A stretch of DNA of 61,452 nucleotides, counting the filler. It is 4 parts of 4 records of this genome, joined end to end, with 100 filler letters (N's around TTAATTAATTAA, not from the genome) between each part and the next. Parts side by side here need not be neighbours in the genome. Positions count along the whole stretch, not along the records: positions 50,808 to 61,452 come from DRR378314_2272; 3 more parts are not named here. One strand, given 5' to 3'. The notes beneath the pieces are model-generated. The model was not told the DNA's origin. It worked only from the letters and a program-made list of their open reading frames with translations, and did no database searches. This document shows, piece after piece, positions 55,980-61,452 of this stretch (the stretch's first letter is position 1; each line of letters opens with the position of its first letter). A program made the translations under genes and the position numbers.

Positions 55980-56636
55980 TTAACCTTGGACATAACCCAG
56001 GGCTGCCGCATAGCCGCACGGCGCTGGCAGCGGCCATGCTTGCAAAGGTGATGAAATGGGAAGTGAGTGCTCAAGGCTGTAGGTGTCTGGCAGCCCTAAA
56101 GAAGGGGTAACTGAGAGCGACTGCAAATGATCCGCAATGCCCAGCCCCAAGGCTTTGAGCACCGCCTCTTTAACCACCCAGCGCTCCATAAAGGGCAGTG
56201 AGTGGTCGAACCGCTCACTCGGCGATAGCACCAGTCCTTGCAGCGGCGCCAGTTCGGCCTCAGGTCGGCAGCGCTCAATATCGACCCCCACCGCGCCGCC
56301 GGGAGCAAGCGCGATCAGGGCGACATGGCCAGAGTGGGAGACATTGAAGATAGGCCCATCAGCGTTTTCCAACGCTGGTTTGCCGTAAGCGTTCTGAGTG
56401 AACACCAACTTTTCTGGCGCTATACCGGTGTGCGCTGATAGCAGTCGCCGAAGAGCCGCGCGAGTCGCCACGGCGCGTACGACATCGGCGTGACAGCGAT
56501 GCCGCTGGGCGCGCTGCCACTCGGCTCGACTCAGCAACCGATCATCGTCGTCAGCCACCGGGGCGTTCAGATCGAGCGATAAGCGCCAGACTTCAAGCCC
56601 CTCAGGAGCCCCTTCAGCTAACTGCAGGCGCTGCAT
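55980..56636 (-). CDS. Sfp-type 4'-phosphopantetheinyl transferase
   Basis: GKP, FNVSHSG, VGVDIE, WVVKEAVLKALG. Confidence 0.92.
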   Translation of the reverse strand: MQRLQLAEGAPEGLEVWRLSLDLNAPVADDDDRLLSRAEWQRAQRHRCHADVVRAVATRAALRRLLSAHTGIAPEKLVFTQNAYGKPALENADGPIFNVSHSGHVALIALAPGGAVGVDIERCRPEAELAPLQGLVLSPSERFDHSLPFMERWVVKEAVLKALGLGIADHLQSLSVTPSLGLPDTYSLEHSLPISSPLQAWPLPAPCGYAAALGYVQG

Positions 56637-57354
56637 AAAGCACCTCCTCTAGCCGTAGGGTCAGCGCCTGCTCGATGGCTGCCAACACCTGCCCTTCCTG
56701 CTGGCGAATAAAGAAGTGTCCTCCCTCGAACCAGTTCAACGAGAACGCACCGCCTGCTTCGCGCTTCCACGCTTCCAAGCGCACCTTCTCGATCTCATCA
56801 TCGAAGCCCGCCAAAGCCTTTACCGGGTAGTCGAATGGCGTCCCGTTGCGATAACGGAAACTACGGCAGAGGCGATAGTCCGCCGCCAGAACATCAAGCG
56901 TGAGACGCATTAGCTCCGGGCTTTCAAACACCTCCTCTGGGGTGCCGCCCTGTTGGCGCAAATCCGCAATCAGGGCTTTGTCGTTATCAAGGCCCGCCAA
57001 GCGGTCTAAATCGCGCATTGAGGGCGCCGCGCTGCCTGAGGCGAACAGCATCCGCGGCTGAGGTCGCCCGACATCGCGCAAGCGTGCCGCCATGCCATAG
57101 GCCAGCAGCGCCCCCATGCTGTGACCGAACAGGGCAAAGTCGCCGCGCATTCGCGTTGCTTGCTCTTCGCACAGCCGTACCACCTGGGTCTCGAAGTCAT
57201 TGATAAGCGGCTCGCCCAAACGCTCGCCACGCCCGGGCAGCTCAACGGGATGTACCTCGATCCAGGTGGGCAACTGTCGCTTCCAGCGCAGATACATGGT
57301 GGCACTGGCACCAGCACAGGGCAGACAGAGCAGCCTTAAACGCTTAGCCTGCAT
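56614..57354 (-). CDS. Type II thioesterase
   Basis: LPGRGER, FGHSMG, GGHFF. Confidence 0.92.
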   Translation of the reverse strand: MQAKRLRLLCLPCAGASATMYLRWKRQLPTWIEVHPVELPGRGERLGEPLINDFETQVVRLCEEQATRMRGDFALFGHSMGALLAYGMAARLRDVGRPQPRMLFASGSAAPSMRDLDRLAGLDNDKALIADLRQQGGTPEEVFESPELMRLTLDVLAADYRLCRSFRYRNGTPFDYPVKALAGFDDEIEKVRLEAWKREAGGAFSLNWFEGGHFFIRQQEGQVLAAIEQALTLRLEEVLYAAPAVS

Positions 57355-57589
57355 TCACCTGCTCCGCCTCAGCACTGGCCTGCTCGTCCATCCATTGACG
57401 CAGAGAGCGCGGCCGCATATCGGTCCAGGTTTTTTCGACGTAGGCTAAGCAGGTTGGCTTATCGCCAAGCACACCGGTATCCGTCCAACCAGCAGGAATC
57501 GCCTTCCACTCGGGCCATAGGGAGTACTGCTCTTCGTGGTTAACGAGCACGCGGAAAACACCATCTTCACGATCAAAACAGCTTGTCAT
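57344..57589 (-). CDS. mbtH: MbtH-like protein
   Basis: [26 protein letters not shown] at 57589 follows GAGG. Confidence 0.95.
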   Translation of the reverse strand: MTSCFDREDGVFRVLVNHEEQYSLWPEWKAIPAGWTDTGVLGDKPTCLAYVEKTWTDMRPRSLRQWMDEQASAEAEQVNAG

Positions 57590-57630
57590 AGGTCTAACCT
57601 CACCGTTGTCTAGGAAATGAGAAAATAAAC

Positions 57631-57678
57631 GCAATTGCTTCTCATTACATAATGACGAGTGAGGTATATAGAAATTTA
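57631..57678 (-). promoter_or_regulatory. PvdS-type iron-starvation promoter with downstream Fur-like box
   Basis: Minus strand 57678-57655 reads TAAAT-N16-CGT, followed by TGTAATGAGAAGCAATTGC (12/19 to the Fur consensus). Confidence 0.75.
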
Positions 57679-57816
57679 ATGCGGGGGAGAAAGAAAGTAG
57701 GAAAAATACGTGTGAGGGCGAACGGCTCTAGTGCTTAAAAACATGAAAGCCGTTACACCATCAAGGAAGAAAACCAGGGGGGAACAAAAAAAGAATGGGC
57801 AAAAAGCGATGATTTG

Positions 57817-58035
57817 TCAGTTGCGCTCATCACTGCGGGGGATCATCCCCGTTAGCAGCCATAGCTGTTCGGCTTCATGAAATACCCTGCGATGCTGAGA
57901 AGAAGCCGCTAGCCACGCATGGAACGCCTCGCGATCAGCATCACTCAACGACTCTTCATGCTCGCGCATCAGCCAATCTAGCGCCACTTGCCAAACGGCA
58001 TCATCGCCGCTGTCGTTATCCATCGTTACAGTCAA
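57817..58035 (-). CDS. Stand-alone FecR N-terminal (DUF4880) domain protein
   Basis: ALDWL...F.AWLAASSQHRR.F...E.LW pattern, no TM segment. The start may be the ATG at 58023. Confidence 0.75.
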   Translation of the reverse strand: MTVTMDNDSGDDAVWQVALDWLMREHEESLSDADREAFHAWLAASSQHRRVFHEAEQLWLLTGMIPRSDERN

Positions 58036-58154
58036 ACCTCGCTACTGTTGCCTACCATCGACCAACTGACTCGGTAAGCGCCTAGGGTTTCAACGCTATC
58101 GTTGTTCGTTGACAGTGTAACAAAGCGACCACAAAGAAGGGACGGAACGTAGGC

Positions 58155-58682
58155 TTACCGATCTGGCAACGTCTGACCTTGAAGCGACTGGCGGCAATGA
58201 GTCAGTGCATCGCGAATCATAAAGTTAACTAACGTGGTGGAAATACCTAATAAGTGGGCCACTTCCCGCTGCGTATGGCTCCCCGACCGGTAGAGCTCAA
58301 AAGCGCGCCGCGTACGCTCAGGTAGCTCGTCCAACGCGTCCACCACCTGAGCCAAGGCCTGACGATCAATCGCGATCACCTCTGGAGAGTGTGACGCATA
58401 AGAGGCAGCCTCCCCCTCCTCTTCTTTGGCAAACAGCGTTGACTCAAATGCCGAACGGCGGCAACGGTCAATGGCGAGGTTGCGCACCACACGTGACACG
58501 TAGGAGATGGGCTGCTTCACCTCAAAAAGCGTGGTTGCTTCTGAAATTTTTAGATAAGCATCCTGCACAACATCATCGGCTTGATCAGCATTGCCCAAGA
58601 CTCTTGCGGCGACACAGCAGAGCCGGGGCCGCTGATTAACGAAGATATCTTCTAACTCAGCGCTCCAGGTCTGGGTATCCAC
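58155..58682 (-). CDS. Iron-starvation ECF sigma factor (PvdS/OrbS-like)
   Basis: DVVQDAY, VRNLAID, LPERTRRAFELYR, TLVNFMIRDALTHC. GTG start follows AGGAGG. Confidence 0.9.
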   Translation of the reverse strand: MDTQTWSAELEDIFVNQRPRLCCVAARVLGNADQADDVVQDAYLKISEATTLFEVKQPISYVSRVVRNLAIDRCRRSAFESTLFAKEEEGEAASYASHSPEVIAIDRQALAQVVDALDELPERTRRAFELYRSGSHTQREVAHLLGISTTLVNFMIRDALTHCRQSLQGQTLPDR

Positions 58683-58721
58683 TGATTGGCCTCCTGCCTT
58701 AACTAACACCACAAAATAAAT

Positions 58722-58740
58722 AACAATAATTATTATTTGC
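58722..58740 (-). promoter_or_regulatory. Fur-box-like site upstream of the sigma gene
   Basis: GCAAATAATAATTATTGTT, 13/19 to GATAATGATAATCATTATC. Confidence 0.6.
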
Positions 58741-58918
58741 GTTAACAGGCAGTAAAGTCAATCAGCGAGGCCTAATCCTCTTTTCATAACGATATGCTTG
58801 TACTAAACAACTGATCTACCAAACCAATAACGTCTACTGTCATCGCCACGTCATGGATGGTTAGTTACCTTTACCAAATGATTTGATAACAGCCATACAA
58901 GCCCCCAGGAGAAACGAC

Positions 58919-59716
58919 ATGCTTGAGAGCGAAAACAGCTTGCTGGAAACAGTTAAGCAAGCAGCCTATGAGGCTGGCGCGCTGTTGCGTGAGGGGTATT
59001 CGCAAAAGGGACGGATTGCATTTGAGCAAAAGGGAACATCTGACTTCGTTAGCTACTACGATACGGCAGCCGAAAGTATCATTATCGACTGCATCAGCAG
59101 CGCTTTTCCCGATATCGCTTTCCTTGGCGAAGAAAGTGGCCTGACGCCCACCGATAGCGACTATACCGTGATTATTGACCCCCTTGATGGCACCAGCAAT
59201 TTTCTACATGGCGTGCCTCACTTCTCGGTGTCTATTGCGGTCACCAAAGGTGATGCGCTGATCATCGGTGTTGTCTATCAACCACTGCTTGATGAAATGC
59301 TCTGGGCAGGCCAAGGCACAGGCGCCTTTCTCAATGATCGCCCATTAACAACACCAGCCCCTCGCCCGCTGACCGAGATGCTGGTGAGCACTTGCCTGCC
59401 TTACCATGCCAAAGGCGACTGCACGACAGCGCTAAATCAACTTGCTGCCCTAATGCCCCAGGTGGCGGGTATCCGCAGCCCGGGCTCGGCGGCGCTCGAG
59501 ATCGCCTATCTCAGCCTGGGCCGGTTTGATGCTTTTTGGTCTCAAGGAGCCGCGCTCGACTTCTGGGATATCGCCGCTGGCATTGTGATTGCCCGAGAAG
59601 CGGGATACACCGTCACGGATCTCTCTGGTGAGATGAGTCCCGCTCAATGGAACAGCCTAATGGCAGCGCACCCTGAGCGGCATAGTCAACTGCTAGCATG
59701 TTTAAGCTCTTGCTAA
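58919..59716 (+). CDS. Inositol monophosphatase family protein (SuhB-like)
   Basis: GEE, IDPLDGTSNF, GSAAL, WDIAAG. Confidence 0.9.
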   Translation: MLESENSLLETVKQAAYEAGALLREGYSQKGRIAFEQKGTSDFVSYYDTAAESIIIDCISSAFPDIAFLGEESGLTPTDSDYTVIIDPLDGTSNFLHGVPHFSVSIAVTKGDALIIGVVYQPLLDEMLWAGQGTGAFLNDRPLTTPAPRPLTEMLVSTCLPYHAKGDCTTALNQLAALMPQVAGIRSPGSAALEIAYLSLGRFDAFWSQGAALDFWDIAAGIVIAREAGYTVTDLSGEMSPAQWNSLMAAHPERHSQLLACLSSC

Positions 59717-59963
59717 CAAAAGATCCGCCCCTCAGAGTTCAAACGCCGTATTGTGCGTTGATAAAAAATAAACCGCTGGACTCGGGGCATGCCCTGCCTA
59801 TTTTTTGTGCTTTCCTCCTTGGCGCGCTTTGAAGCGAGGATTCGTTTTACAAATGACATACAGCCGCCCGCGACGTTTGACCACTTGGCAATCGAGATGG
59901 CGGTTCGTGGCTGAGTACTTAGAAAGGTTCACACACCGGCGAAAATCTTTTTATTTTTTTATT

Positions 59964-59982
59964 AAAAATGAGAACCATTAGC
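59964..59982 (+). promoter_or_regulatory. Fur-box-like site upstream of fhuC
   Basis: AAAAATGAGAACCATTAGC, 14/19 to the consensus. Confidence 0.65.
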
Positions 59983-60028
59983 ACTAGAATGGAGGCATTA
60001 TCATCTACCCTATCGCCAGGAGTGATTC

Positions 60029-60796
60029 ATGTTCGAGGTCAAAGGCGCCACCTTTGAAATCAATGGTAAGCAGATTTTAAATCCCATTGACCACAGCTTT
60101 CATGAGGGCAAGGTTTACGGCCTGATTGGCCACAATGGCTCGGGAAAGTCGACGCTGATTAAGCTCATGGCCCAACAGCAGCCTACCAGCCAAGGAGAGA
60201 TTCACTTCGACCAGCGACCACTGCGTGACTGGGGAAATCGCGAGTTCGCTCGTCAGGTGGCTTACCTACCCCAGCATTTGCCCAGCGCTGAAAGCCTGAC
60301 TGGGCGCGAGCTGGTAGCTTTTGGCCGCTACCCTTGGCACGGCCTGCTGGGTCGCCACAACCAGAAAGATAAAGATGCCATTGATCGCGCCATCGCCCTT
60401 ACCCACACAGAGGCCTTTGCCGACCGCTTAGTCGATACACTCTCCGGCGGCGAGCGTCAGCGAGTATGGTTGGCTATGCTACTCGCCCAGGGAAGTCGTT
60501 TCTTGCTGCTCGATGAGCCACTAGCAGCACTAGATATCGCTCACCAAATTGAGGTGCTAGCGCTGGTTCGCAAGCTATGCGATGAGCTGAACCTTGGCGT
60601 CATTATTGTATTGCACGATATCAATATGGCATCACGCTACTGTGATGAACTGATGGCACTGCATAGCGGTCGCTTGCTGGCCCATGGCAGCCCGGATGAT
60701 TTGATGAGTTGCAACACCTTAGAAGCGATTTATGGCCTACCGATGCAGGTCATGAAGCACCCCAACGGAGAGCACAATATCGCCGTGGCTCAATGA
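60029..60796 (+). CDS. fhuC: Ferric-hydroxamate ABC transporter ATP-binding protein
   Basis: GHNGSGKST, VAYLPQ, GRYPWHG, LSGGERQR, LLLDEP, LHDIN. Confidence 0.85.
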   Translation: MFEVKGATFEINGKQILNPIDHSFHEGKVYGLIGHNGSGKSTLIKLMAQQQPTSQGEIHFDQRPLRDWGNREFARQVAYLPQHLPSAESLTGRELVAFGRYPWHGLLGRHNQKDKDAIDRAIALTHTEAFADRLVDTLSGGERQRVWLAMLLAQGSRFLLLDEPLAALDIAHQIEVLALVRKLCDELNLGVIIVLHDINMASRYCDELMALHSGRLLAHGSPDDLMSCNTLEAIYGLPMQVMKHPNGEHNIAVAQ

Positions 60797-60894
60797 GTGA
60801 AGGTATACCAACGCGCTAATGCCAGATGAGATCACTGCCTACATTAGCGCGTCTGCCTAATTGCTTCTTCTTAATATCAGCTTTCTTGGATGAC

Positions 60895-61452
60895 TCACAT
60901 CGCGTCAGTACAGCGTTGTATTTCATCCGCCATCTGGTTAAGCAGTGCATCGTAAAGTCCCGCACTAGGCGTTAAACCAACGCCTAGTGGGTCCATTACA
61001 CCAATATAGACACCGGTATCGCCAAACACAGTATCCACGATTTGTGGATTAAATTGCGGTTCGCTGAAGACACACGTAACGCCTTCTGCATCAACTAACT
61101 GTTGGATAGTTTCAATGCGCTTAGGGCTGGGCGAAGATGCGTCACCGATAGAAATAGCACCAGCCGCAGTGACACCCAACGCTTTTTCAAAGTACTGATA
61201 GGCATCGTGAAATACGATAAATCGAGTCTGCTCGCTATTGGCTAAGCGTTCCTTTAAATCTTGCTCAAGCGCTTCAAGTTCTTGCTGGCCTTGTGCCGCA
61301 TTAGCACGATAGTGGGCGGCATTGTCAGGATCGATTTCGCTAAGTTGCTGGGCAATGGCATCGAGCCAGCGCCGCGCATTACCAGGATCCAGCCAACCAT
61401 GTGGATCTTGCCCATCGTGATGATGGTCGTGGTCGTGGTCGTGGTCGTGGTC
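60895..61452 (-). CDS. znuA: Zinc ABC transporter substrate-binding protein, 5' truncated
   Basis: The frame is open to the window end: (DH)n loop, DPHGWLDP, FHDAYQYFE, CVFSEPQF, DPLG. The contig ends in the (GACCAC)n His-loop repeat. Confidence 0.88.
   Translation of the reverse strand, partial: DHDHDHDHDHHHDGQDPHGWLDPGNARRWLDAIAQQLSEIDPDNAAHYRANAAQGQQELEALEQDLKERLANSEQTRFIVFHDAYQYFEKALGVTAAGAISIGDASSPSPKRIETIQQLVDAEGVTCVFSEPQFNPQIVDTVFGDTGVYIGVMDPLGVGLTPSAGLYDALLNQMADEIQRCTDAM

Noticed and set aside
59850-59915. Possible hairpin upstream of fhuC (CAGCC...GGCTG)
   Set aside because: Weak pairing, no terminator, and no riboswitch consensus that I recognise.

Overview
This window is not one locus. 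It is four contigs joined by identical 100-nt artificial spacers (N44-TTAATTAATTAA-N44 at 12594-12693, 24922-25021 and 50708-50807). Segment A (1-12593) is a high-GC gammaproteobacterial contig, Alcanivorax-like by my judgement. It carries PIN-PhoH, two divergent peptidase/amidase genes, a sigma54/NtrC-type TorF porin, SCO-PCuAC-EEP, miaB, cysP-cysT and an ECF sigma/anti-sigma pair. Segment B (12694-24921) is probably the same genome, because it shares the REP element. It holds a compact surface-polysaccharide cluster (wecB-wecC-wzx-heparinase II/III-GT4-epimerase-wbpL-wbpM) and galU, with two candidate sRNAs in the wbpM-galU gap. Segment C (25022-50707) is an intron-rich eukaryotic (protist-like) contig. 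From GT-AG junctions I rebuilt seven genes: a TM-anchored LEA_2-repeat protein, a Tim21-like protein, a TlpA-type thioredoxin fused to a MANF/ARMET-like C-terminal domain, VPS25, HTATIP2, GILT and an FHA-RING ligase. Segment D (50808-61452) is a Halomonas-like contig with the start of a lipopeptide siderophore cluster (PvdS-like sigma, FecR-N mini-protein, MbtH, TEII, PPTase, TauD-type beta-hydroxylase, FAAL-NRPS), an IMPase, an orphan fhuC and a partial znuA. Best novelty candidates: the CRP-box sRNA pair, a heptamer-repeat inverted element inside the cys operon, the redoxin fusion, the LEA_2-repeat protein and the stand-alone FecR N-domain. All calls are by eye; no database searches were run.
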